This document shows positions 1 to 7,931 of a stretch of 64,000 nt of DNA, one piece after another. How positions within the stretch are numbered: position 1 is the stretch's first letter; each line of letters begins with the position of its first letter. This DNA comes from an uncultured Bdellovibrionales bacterium (GTDB lineage: Bacteria; Patescibacteriota; Minisyncoccia; Moranbacterales; UBA1568). The notes under the pieces are model-generated. The model was not told the origin of the DNA. It searched no databases and was given only the letters and a program-made list of their open reading frames with translations. The stretch spans positions 6,137-70,136 of the forward strand of contig CAYWLN010000001.1 in NCBI GenBank assembly GCA_964459475.1, given 5' to 3'. The position numbers and the translations under genes were made by a program.

Positions 1-46
1 GAAAGAAGCGGGTTATATCACGAGTGTATTTCATAGTGGTGCGAAA

Positions 47-1087
47 GTGTATATAGATGTTCCTAACCAAGAAACGATTTTTTCACTCTGCACCAAAAGC
101 CTTACGCTTTACCATCAACGCTTTCGGCAGGTTGCACCAGAAAAATTAGCCGTTGATAAGCTTACTGATGAACAGGTTGAAAATCTTCATAGAATACTCG
201 AAATTGTTACCATCAGGCTTTCGATGAGCCGTCCTCCTCATATCATATACATTCCTCTTCAGCATTTCCCTGGCGAAATTCAGCCTTCGGATATTCTTGG
301 ACTTTTATATAAATCTGACAAAGATTTCCATATTCTGCGGTTCACTAAAATCGTTGGAGAAAAAGTTGCTGAGCAGGAAGCGGAAATCCGTATCAAAGAT
401 GAAAAAATGGAAAAAGCCTTGAGCGATTTCCGAAAAACCATAGAAGACCGCTATCTGAAAATCATCGAAAAACGAAAACAGGAACCAGCTCCCAAACCGC
501 AACCCAGGAAGGAGCCTCTCGAAGTCATTATCCGCGAAGGTTCAAAAATTGCTATTGAAAAAGCAGAGGAAGAAAAGAAACATCAGTTCCCACATAAGCT
601 ACCCCGAGGCACGAAATGGGAGAACATCACCATAAAATTTCTTGATGATGATACTGTCCACATCTCTACTAAAGGCAAAGAACATAGTCCGAGCTTCAAA
701 GATATGGGACTTGAAGGAAAGGGCGGGAAACCAAGTGTGCTTTGGATATTTCTCCGTGTTCTCGCAATGTATTCTGGAGAAATAAAGTCGAGTGACGATA
801 AAAAAGACGATAGCTATAAGAAGCAAAAGCAATCTCTGTCAGAAGCTCTGGAATGCTATTTTGGGCTTGATTTTGACCCCTTTTACCCTTTCCAGACAGA
901 TAAATCATACAGAGTGAAATTTACACTCCTACCCCCTGATAATGGCTTCACATTTGAAAAGAAAAGAAAGACAAATCTTCTTGAAAAACCCGTGAAAAAC
1001 AGTCCATTTGATGACCTCGGCTCCTATATGGGAGAAGTTGCCCCCGTAGTGGCACAGACGGAAGCCGTCTCTTCTGACGAGCGGTGA
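47..1087 (+). CDS. Hypothetical lysine/glutamate-rich protein, cargo of the integrative element; GTG start, probably 5'-partial because the frame is open to the window edge
   Basis: 346-aa ORF in the AT-rich block with no stop upstream in frame from position 2. No recognisable catalytic motifs. Confidence 0.4.
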   Translation: MYIDVPNQETIFSLCTKSLTLYHQRFRQVAPEKLAVDKLTDEQVENLHRILEIVTIRLSMSRPPHIIYIPLQHFPGEIQPSDILGLLYKSDKDFHILRFTKIVGEKVAEQEAEIRIKDEKMEKALSDFRKTIEDRYLKIIEKRKQEPAPKPQPRKEPLEVIIREGSKIAIEKAEEEKKHQFPHKLPRGTKWENITIKFLDDDTVHISTKGKEHSPSFKDMGLEGKGGKPSVLWIFLRVLAMYSGEIKSSDDKKDDSYKKQKQSLSEALECYFGLDFDPFYPFQTDKSYRVKFTLLPPDNGFTFEKKRKTNLLEKPVKNSPFDDLGSYMGEVAPVVAQTEAVSSDER

Positions 1088-1244
1088 AATATCATTGGAA
1101 ACTCGTCCCGCAATATCTTCTTGAAAAGTCCCTCTAACAAGGGATTTTTTCTTTTATACGCCCCGAGAGGGTGAATTTCGCCATATCTCTGTAGGAGCTC
1201 TCCAAATCCAATCGCGATTGGTAATCATCCATAAATGAAACTTT

Positions 1245-1532
1245 ATGATTATCAAACATTTGAAGGAGACGAAGGAATTGTCGCAAGAAGCGAAGTATGC
1301 CACTACAGACCTTGGTTTGGCTTCTTCTCTCGTGGCTCTAGGGTATGAACTGCATACTCTGGAACGCACCGTAAACCCGAAAAAAGCTCGGTTCATATTT
1401 CGGCGTGTCCCAACCATTGAAACCAGTGCTACCAATTATTGGAACGACCACTTGGAGCTCAATGCACGGACACTCTTTGACAGCCAGAAAATGATAAAGA
1501 ACCGCCTCTATTCGGATGAAAGCGTATGTTGA
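1245..1532 (+). CDS. Small hypothetical protein (95 aa) of the mobile element
   Basis: ORF in the same orientation as the element genes. Its stop overlaps the ATG of the next small ORF (ATGTTGA). Confidence 0.4.
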   Translation: MIIKHLKETKELSQEAKYATTDLGLASSLVALGYELHTLERTVNPKKARFIFRRVPTIETSATNYWNDHLELNARTLFDSQKMIKNRLYSDESVC

Positions 1533-1699
1533 GCATTGAAGAAACCAGACGACTTCTGGATGATGAAACGCTCACGGATGCAGAAGTAACCGAAATCAGA
1601 GACTCTTTCCAAATCCTCGGCGAAATCATCTTTGAGCAGTGGCTTTCCGAAAGGAGAGCTCCTGCTCAAGACGGCGAACCTCCAGCCATAAAGGAGTAG
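1526..1699 (+). CDS. Small acidic hypothetical protein (57 aa), translationally coupled to the upstream ORF; not in the supplied ORF track because it is under 60 aa
   Basis: ATG at 1526 overlaps the upstream stop codon. Reads MLSIEETRRLLDDETLTDAEVTEIRDSFQILGEIIFEQWLSERRAPAQDGEPPAIKE and ends at TAG 1697-1699. Confidence 0.3.
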   Translation: MLSIEETRRLLDDETLTDAEVTEIRDSFQILGEIIFEQWLSERRAPAQDGEPPAIKE

Positions 1700-1727
1700 C
1701 CGAATTGAAATCCATAATTACGCTTAT

Positions 1728-2129
1728 ATGAAACGAAGATACAATCCGAGACTCATCACGTCTCGCCATAGCTACACCCCCGAAGAAATAGCCCTGCTCT
1801 TTGGCATCAACAAGAAAACTGTTTTCCGATGGCTAGCAAATGGATTGCCACCACTTGAGAAGCATACGAGACCGCTTCTCATTATGGGCGATGAGCTCCG
1901 ACACTACCTCACGCAGAAGAAACAGAAACGGAAAGTAAGCCTCAAAGAAAACGAGTTTTTCTGTTTCAAATGCAAGAAGGCGACCCGAGCAAAATCAGGA
2001 ACAGAGAAGATGGTTCCCACTGGCAATAGAATTGGGAAGGATGCACGGGAACAATTCTTCCGAAGGGGAAAATGCGAACGATGCGGGACAGAGGTAAACT
2101 GTCTCGCACGATACTCCCAAAGGGACTAA
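1728..2129 (+). CDS. Helix-turn-helix DNA-binding protein (excisionase/MerR-like HTH) with C-terminal 4-Cys zinc ribbon
   Basis: N-terminal 'YTPEEIALLFGINKKTVFRWLANGLP' is a typical excisionase-type HTH. C-terminus has CFKC...CERC. Sits directly upstream of the integrase. Confidence 0.6.
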   Translation: MKRRYNPRLITSRHSYTPEEIALLFGINKKTVFRWLANGLPPLEKHTRPLLIMGDELRHYLTQKKQKRKVSLKENEFFCFKCKKATRAKSGTEKMVPTGNRIGKDAREQFFRRGKCERCGTEVNCLARYSQRD

Positions 2130-2189
2130 TGTAATCCCTTTCATCTCTCATAAATGTCCATATAGCCACAACTTATCAATAACGCCTAA

Positions 2190-3329
2190 ATGTATATGTC
2201 AAAATCAAATTACAAGAACGAAATGACGAAGCGAGAGTTCTTCTCCTTCCTCAAAAACTCCGAGCAGTTTTCACCTGACTCTATCATCTGCTTTGAGAAA
2301 GCCCTGCTCTTCTGGGAGGATTTCACCAAGATGGACGATTTCCTCTCCTTTGACGATAAAAAAGCTATCGCCTTCAGGGATTGGCTCAAAAGCAAAAATC
2401 GGAAAGGCTCCGAAAACCCTATCAGCTTGAGCTACTGCTATGACACCCTCCGACGATTGAGGAAATTCTTTGAATGGCTCGCTCAACAGCCCAAGTCAAA
2501 AATCAATTCTACCCATACAAGTTTCCTCAATCTTTCACGGAAAGAAAGCCAGATAGCGACCAGAGCACGGAAAGTAGATGTCCCAGCCTTTGAGGAGGTT
2601 TTGAAGGTTCTTGAGAGTATCAACGGAGAAACCGAGGTGGAAAAACGTGATAGAGCCCTCATTGCCTTCACTCTCCTTACGGGAGCAAGAATTTCTGCCA
2701 TCGTAAGTCTCCGAATGAAGCATTTTGACAGACGGAGGCACGTCATAGAGCAAGACCCTGCTTCTGGAGTGAAAACCAAGTTTTCCAAACAGATAATCAC
2801 CGTGCTATTCCCCTTGCCCGATGAAAAACCTCTTACCTATTTTCTGGAGTGGTTTGACTACCTTGACCAAACACGAGGTTTCTCATCAAACGACCCGATT
2901 TTCCCCGCAACTAAACTAGAGCAGGGAAAGGAAAGTATCAGCTACTACAGTTCAGGAAATGTTGAGCCCCTCTTTTGGAGCAATGCCAGTCCCGCTCGTA
3001 AGATATTTGAAAAACGGTTCAAGGGTGCAGACATTCCCTACTACCACCCACACACCTTCCGTCATCTCATTGTCAAAGAGTTCATCAAGACTCGTCTCAC
3101 CGAAGAAGAAAAGAAGGCTATCAGTCAAAATCTCGGACACGAAGATGTAGGCACGACTTTTGGCTCTTACGGATACGGCAAGATTTCCACTGATAGACAA
3201 ACAGAGCTCGTGCGGAGCATCAGATTTGGGCTACCAGAAACGGAGCAAATCTTTGAAGGAATGAGTGATGCTTCCATAAAAAAGCTCGCTAAAATCCTCA
3301 AAAAAGAGTTGTCAGAACCAGAAAAATGA
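2190..3329 (+). CDS. Tyrosine-type site-specific recombinase/integrase
   Basis: Catalytic signature present: R in 'TGARISAIVSLR', H-x-x-R in 'HPHTFRHL', C-terminal 'LGHEDVGTTFGSYGYGK' (His/Tyr). Confidence 0.8.
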   Translation: MYMSKSNYKNEMTKREFFSFLKNSEQFSPDSIICFEKALLFWEDFTKMDDFLSFDDKKAIAFRDWLKSKNRKGSENPISLSYCYDTLRRLRKFFEWLAQQPKSKINSTHTSFLNLSRKESQIATRARKVDVPAFEEVLKVLESINGETEVEKRDRALIAFTLLTGARISAIVSLRMKHFDRRRHVIEQDPASGVKTKFSKQIITVLFPLPDEKPLTYFLEWFDYLDQTRGFSSNDPIFPATKLEQGKESISYYSSGNVEPLFWSNASPARKIFEKRFKGADIPYYHPHTFRHLIVKEFIKTRLTEEEKKAISQNLGHEDVGTTFGSYGYGKISTDRQTELVRSIRFGLPETEQIFEGMSDASIKKLAKILKKELSEPEK

Positions 3330-3390
3330 GGCATAATAAATATGCACCCAGCTAGATATTTCATCAAAAGGTTTTATTATTTCGTCCGCC

Positions 3391-3457
3391 CAAAAGGCGG
3401 TTCTGCCGACGAAAAATACCTTTTGGTGTTCTAGTTGGGTGCCAGAACCGCCTTTTG
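3391..3457. repeat. Perfect 15-bp inverted repeat (CAAAAGGCGGTTCTG ... CAGAACCGCCTTTTG) with a 37-bp spacer, between the integrase and serine recombinase genes
   Basis: Read directly at 3391-3405 and 3443-3457. Candidate terminator or recombination/operator site. Confidence 0.5.
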
Positions 3458-3470
3458 AGTATCCAAAATT

Positions 3471-5054
3471 ATGAAAGGAATAATCTATACTCGCGTATCA
3501 AGCGACGAACAAATCAAAGGCACTTCCCTTGATTTCCAAGAGGAGATTTGCCGTAACTATTGTAAAGACCGAGGTATTGAAGTTATGGCTGTTTTCCGAG
3601 AGGAGGGAGCTTCTGCCAAGTCTGCCGACCGCAAAGAGTTCTTGCGAGCCATTGAGCTCTGCCGAAAAAATAAAGGCAAGATGGAAGCGTTTGTGGTTGC
3701 CAAGGTGGACAGGTTTGCGAGAAACACCGAAGACCACTTCTATGTTCGCAAGACGCTTCTTGATTATGGTGTAACCCTTCATTCCGTGACGGAGCCTATC
3801 GGAAACAACCCAACGGAGAAGTTCATAGAAACCGTGCTTGCGGGAAGTGCAGAGTTTGATAATGCCGTTCGTCGTCAGCGTTGCGTGGACGGAATGAGCG
3901 AGAGAATAAATCAAGGTATCTTCCCTTGGAAGCCCCCTATTGGCTACATCTGCGGACAATCCAAGAAACGAGGTGAAAAAAAGACAGAGCCAGACAAGCC
4001 AGACGAAAATATATTCCCTATCATCCAGCGAGGACTAAAAGAATACGCCCGAGGGCAAGTTTCTCAAACAGAGCTTGCTCGGCTTTTCAATGAGTGGGGA
4101 CTTGATAAATATCGTGGGTCTAAAACGAGGGTGCAATTCGTGAGCGGACTCCTTTTCAGACACTTGAATTTCTACGCAGGTATCATTGTCAATCCGTGGG
4201 CGAAGGAAGAAATCAAAGGACTGCATAAGCCGATGATTACAGAGGAAGAACACTATCAAATCCGACAACGAATGGCTGGTAAGGGTGTGAAAATAAACCG
4301 CCATAAGGTAAATCCTGCTTTCCCTTTGCGAAAAACTATCCTCTGCGGAGAGTGCGGTAAGGCTGTAACCGCAAGCGTTTCCCACGGAACTGGTGGGGCA
4401 TATCCCTACTATCACTGTTTCACCAAAGGTTGCCCGATGTATTGCAAGAGTCTCTCGGTTGAAAAAGTCGCCGAAGACTTCGTGAAGAAACTTCAAGAGA
4501 TTGTTCCGAAGAAAAAGTTTATCACGGTCTTCAATGCGACTGTCTTGAGTATATGGAAAGACAAAGGTGGACATTTTGAAGCCGAAGCAAAACGATATGA
4601 AAAAGAAATCACTCTTTTGGAAGCAAAGAGGCAACGGATTTTTGAAATGCGAGAAGACGGCTCCTATACAAAGGAGGAGTTCACGGAACGCAAAGGAGAA
4701 GTTGATAATGAGCTCATAGCCTCTCGTATTTCACGCAGTGAGTCTCGGATAGAGCAATTTGATATGGAAGCCTCTGTAGCGTATGCGGAACGCTACATAA
4801 GCGACCTAGGACGGCAATGGACGGATTTGCCACCACATCTGTATCCTCGGTTCCAAAAACTGGTTTTTCCCGAGGGAATACCCTACACCAAAGGTAAAGG
4901 ATTTGGAACTGCCAAGTTAGGGCTCATCTTTGAGATAAATGAGACTATTGGCAACAAAAAATCCGATTTGGTGGACCTAGGCAGAATCGAACTGCCGTCT
5001 CCACAATGCGAATGTGGCGTCGTACCACTAGACCATAGGCCCAAAAAGGGCTAA
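3471..5054 (+). CDS. Large serine recombinase (resolvase/invertase N-domain, recombinase domain, zinc ribbon)
   Basis: N-terminal 'IIYTRVSSDEQ' serine-nucleophile motif. Cys-rich 'CGECGK...HCFTKGCPMYC' zinc ribbon and coiled-coil region typical of large serine recombinases. The 3' end of the ORF runs antisense through tRNA-Ala. Confidence 0.8.
   Translation: MKGIIYTRVSSDEQIKGTSLDFQEEICRNYCKDRGIEVMAVFREEGASAKSADRKEFLRAIELCRKNKGKMEAFVVAKVDRFARNTEDHFYVRKTLLDYGVTLHSVTEPIGNNPTEKFIETVLAGSAEFDNAVRRQRCVDGMSERINQGIFPWKPPIGYICGQSKKRGEKKTEPDKPDENIFPIIQRGLKEYARGQVSQTELARLFNEWGLDKYRGSKTRVQFVSGLLFRHLNFYAGIIVNPWAKEEIKGLHKPMITEEEHYQIRQRMAGKGVKINRHKVNPAFPLRKTILCGECGKAVTASVSHGTGGAYPYYHCFTKGCPMYCKSLSVEKVAEDFVKKLQEIVPKKKFITVFNATVLSIWKDKGGHFEAEAKRYEKEITLLEAKRQRIFEMREDGSYTKEEFTERKGEVDNELIASRISRSESRIEQFDMEASVAYAERYISDLGRQWTDLPPHLYPRFQKLVFPEGIPYTKGKGFGTAKLGLIFEINETIGNKKSDLVDLGRIELPSPQCECGVVPLDHRPKKG
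4969..5042 (-). tRNA. tRNA-Ala (anticodon CGC), CCA encoded
   Basis: Minus-strand sequence GGGCCTATGGTCTAGTGGTACGACGCCACATTCGCATTGTGGAGACGGCAGTTCGATTCTGCCTAGGTCCACCA. It has a 7-bp acceptor stem with G3:U70 (the Ala identity element), an anticodon loop TTCGCAT and a T-loop GTTCGATTC. Confidence 0.8.
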
Positions 5055-5175
5055 CAGGGCGCGTGCAGCGTTGTACCCCTAAACCACGCCCAAATCTCAC
5101 TCACTCAAGTGAGAAATGTGGCGGACAGGTACAGGCCCGGACGCTTGGGTAGGATAGCAAATAGCCGGAATGGTA

Positions 5176-6321
5176 TCAAGAAACCTGTGCCGTAAAGCCG
5201 AGTGGTGGCTTCTTGATTCGAGTGAGGAGATACCGTCTCAACTCTTTCCAATCAACTGTTGCTTCACTCAAAATATCTTCATGTAGCAAATGTATCCGCT
5301 CGCTCATACCCAATGCATCGGCGAGAGCGTTTATTGTCCTTGTGTAGTTTAGTACATTGTAGAGTGCATAGACATCCTCTTCGCTCAGCGCTTTTTGGCC
5401 GGTTATATACGAGTACAGAGCCTGCTGACCCCGGAGGAGCATCCCTGTATCAGCACCCGGATAGGCAGCATCAATGAGGAGATACTGCCACGACTCTCCC
5501 GACTTCATAAAGACGACGTTATTTTTTCCTGCGAGATCAAGAAATTCATACGTATCCTGACTGTACTCTATGGCGCGTGAAACAAAATTCGAGAGTGTTT
5601 CCCGAAATTGAGCGTCGGTCTCGGCGAGTACTATCACCTTTTCCAAGGACGGACTTTGAAGACAGCTAGAGAACGTCTTCCGATCAAAGTTTTTTGGTGA
5701 TTCACGATTCAAAACCCACTGATCAGACCCTTGTGAATACAACTCAAGCTCACCTGGGTCATCACTCAACTTCTCTTCTGCATACGAACTCGTAAGATCC
5801 AACAGCGTTTCTCTTTCACGAAGATCAATTGCTTCCTGAATTCTCACAACTACGGGCAAAGTTACACTATCTTGACCTGAAGGAAGTAGGTCTTCATTAT
5901 AAAGGTCTCGAAGAATATGGGCCGGGATTGGGAGATTCATAGTACTCACTCTCTGTCGTGCCATATGTTCACGCCCAAAAAACTCCTCTATGTCAGCCAA
6001 TTTTGCCCGTGCCACGACCGCCTGGTGTCGCAACGTGCGTTCTGCAAGCGCTCCCCCTGAACCCTCTCTACTCTCGACATCATGGAGCGTGGCTACTATC
6101 ATATTGTGTGCCACTTTGAATACAATTTTCTCATGACCAGGTATTGTAAATACCAAATGCTCGCCACCCCGGCCTGCAAATTTTGGGTTATACTCACCGT
6201 ATAAGGCATGATCATCTTTACCTAAATCAAATTTAGGTCGCGGAAGTTCGGCACTTCTCAGAGTCTTAGTCTTCTCTGGTTTAGTGCTCAGATGTGGTTG
6301 TTCGAGAACTTCGAGTGACAT
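5176..6321 (-). CDS. Hypothetical protein, possibly an atypical kinase-like fold
   Basis: 381-aa ORF. 'GGEHLVFTIPGHEKIVFKV' resembles a Gly-rich loop plus Lys, and 'LDLAGKNNVVF...YLLIDAAYPG' resembles the catalytic segment of aminoglycoside or atypical kinases. Weak, inference only. Confidence 0.35.
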   Translation of the reverse strand: MSLEVLEQPHLSTKPEKTKTLRSAELPRPKFDLGKDDHALYGEYNPKFAGRGGEHLVFTIPGHEKIVFKVAHNMIVATLHDVESREGSGGALAERTLRHQAVVARAKLADIEEFFGREHMARQRVSTMNLPIPAHILRDLYNEDLLPSGQDSVTLPVVVRIQEAIDLRERETLLDLTSSYAEEKLSDDPGELELYSQGSDQWVLNRESPKNFDRKTFSSCLQSPSLEKVIVLAETDAQFRETLSNFVSRAIEYSQDTYEFLDLAGKNNVVFMKSGESWQYLLIDAAYPGADTGMLLRGQQALYSYITGQKALSEEDVYALYNVLNYTRTINALADALGMSERIHLLHEDILSEATVDWKELRRYLLTRIKKPPLGFTAQVS

Positions 6322-6324
6322 AGA

Positions 6325-7455
6325 TCAAGATTTTGTTTCGGTGATATAGGTGGTACTGAGGCCCTGTTCAGCCTGATGGCGCTCGAGCGCGAGATCGATC
6401 AGCCGGGTGAGGAGATCGGTATACGAGAGACCACTCGCTTCCCAGAGCTTGGGATACATGCTGATAGCGGTAAAGCCCGGGAGAGTATTGATCTCATTTA
6501 CCAGTATCTCACCATTTTCGCGCAAGAAAAAGTCTACGCGCGCCAGTCCAGCACACTCAAGGACACGAAAGGCCTGACACGCGATCTCCTGAAATGTTGC
6601 GATCTGCTCCTGAGAGAGTTTGGCCGGGATTTCAAGTCGCGCACCGGCCTCATCGAGGTACTTGGACTCGTAGGTATAAAACTCTTTGGTGGGGATGATT
6701 TCGCCAGGGACCGAGGCCTCTGGATGATCGTTACCAAGAACTGAGACCTCGATCTCGCGCCCGACGACACTCTCTTCGATGAGGACCTTGGTATCGTAGA
6801 GGAAGGCGTCCTTGAGGGCTCGCTCATACCCCTCTTGGTCTTTCACTTTGTGAACCCCGACTGATGAACCAGCATTGGCCGGTTTAACAAACACAGGTGT
6901 CCCGAGTGTTGCTACTACCTCGTCATACGAGGGAATAGTAGCCCGTCGAATGGTGAGAAAGCGTGCGACCGAGATACCAGCATCGCGGAGGAGTCGCTTC
7001 ATCACATCTTTATCCATCCCGATAGCTGAGCCAAGGACCCCTGCCCCGACAAACGGCACTCCCGAGAGTCGAAGGAGCCCCTGGATCGTCCCATTCTCAC
7101 CGGCGCCACCATGTAAGACCGGAAAGATTACATCGAGGGCTTGGCTCGCTTCACCTGACGTTCCAATCTGACCGTGGCTCTCCGGGAGAAACATCACACT
7201 TTCATCGCCCTCTTGTCGGGTGGTGACATCAGTGAGACCACTCTCGAGTGCTCGGGGGTCACGCTCCGGGAGGAACCACTGCCCAGCTCGGTCGATGGCG
7301 ATAAGGACCGGTTCAAATCGGTCCCGGTCCAGACTCTCCAGTACGTTTTTGGCTGACCAGAGTGACACTTCGTGCTCTGTCGACTTGCCACCACAGAGGA
7401 TACCGACGCGGAGTTTTTTCATAACAGTTGTTACGTAACGAATTACGTAATTCAT
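6325..7455 (-). CDS. ddl: D-alanine--D-alanine ligase (true start probably MKKLRVGIL at 7419)
   Basis: N-terminal 'KLRVGILCGGKSTEHEVSL' and a C-terminal ATP-grasp domain. The listed first 11 codons read through a palindromic repeat region. Confidence 0.85.
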   Translation of the reverse strand: MNYVIRYVTTVMKKLRVGILCGGKSTEHEVSLWSAKNVLESLDRDRFEPVLIAIDRAGQWFLPERDPRALESGLTDVTTRQEGDESVMFLPESHGQIGTSGEASQALDVIFPVLHGGAGENGTIQGLLRLSGVPFVGAGVLGSAIGMDKDVMKRLLRDAGISVARFLTIRRATIPSYDEVVATLGTPVFVKPANAGSSVGVHKVKDQEGYERALKDAFLYDTKVLIEESVVGREIEVSVLGNDHPEASVPGEIIPTKEFYTYESKYLDEAGARLEIPAKLSQEQIATFQEIACQAFRVLECAGLARVDFFLRENGEILVNEINTLPGFTAISMYPKLWEASGLSYTDLLTRLIDLALERHQAEQGLSTTYITETKS

Positions 7456-7463
7456 TACGTAAT
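7430..7463. promoter_or_regulatory. Three 10-bp palindromes (GTTACGTAAC, ATTACGTAAT, ATTACGTAAT) at 12-bp centre spacing, immediately upstream of the ddl start
   Basis: Read directly: core TTACGTAA at 7431-7438, 7443-7450, 7455-7462. Candidate operator for a dimeric regulator. Confidence 0.4.
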
Positions 7464-7931
7464 TGAGAGCTCATCCACTTCCTCGACGTGATTCTCGAGG
7501 ACCGAGTCACCTTCACCAAAAAGAAATCGGGTCCGAAACTTCTTGCCGGCGAGAAACACTGGTATCCAGTGGATATCGTCCGGCCACATGGCATCATAGG
7601 GAATAGCATCGGTCGTGAACCACTGGGGACGCATCTCCTCGGTCTCATGTGGCTCGCCCTCCCAAGCAGTGACTCGGTAGACATGAACCTCAAGGATATT
7701 GCCCCGGTCGCGGGCAAATTCAAACTCGTGAATGCCTACTGCTTCCATCTCGGTAATAGCCACCCCTGATTCTTCCAGCGTTTCACGCTTGGCTCCCTCT
7801 TCGATACTTTCCCCTTCCTCAACTTTGCCTCCAAAACCATTCCATCGGCCGGCACCAAAACCACGCTTCTTCATCCCAAGGAGGATGCGATCGTCGCGGA
7901 CAATGAGGCAAAGAGTAAGGATGGTTCTCAT
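7455..7931 (-). CDS. NUDIX hydrolase (MutT-like)
   Basis: Nudix box 'GGKVEEGESIEEGAKRETLEESGV' (GX5EX7REUXEEXGU). Confidence 0.75.
   Translation of the reverse strand: MRTILTLCLIVRDDRILLGMKKRGFGAGRWNGFGGKVEEGESIEEGAKRETLEESGVAITEMEAVGIHEFEFARDRGNILEVHVYRVTAWEGEPHETEEMRPQWFTTDAIPYDAMWPDDIHWIPVFLAGKKFRTRFLFGEGDSVLENHVEEVDELSIT

Larger units (their letters stand above)
1..5054 (+). mobile_element. Integrative element (genomic island or prophage remnant) inserted next to the 3' end of tRNA-Ala; the left boundary lies outside the window
   Basis: AT-rich block compared with the flanking chromosome, all genes co-oriented. Encodes an HTH, a tyrosine integrase and a large serine recombinase, and ends at a tRNA gene. 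Confidence 0.55.

Noticed and set aside
4795-4812. Possible att-like repeat 'GACCTAGG' resembling the tRNA-Ala 3' end inside the recombinase gene
   Set aside because: Only an 8-nt match, which is expected by chance and not positioned at a plausible element boundary.
7420-7455. N-terminal 11 codons (MNYVIRYVTTV) of the annotated ddl ORF
   Set aside because: These codons are the triple TTACGTAA palindrome read as protein. Ddl homology begins at MKKLRVGIL, so the palindromes are non-coding.
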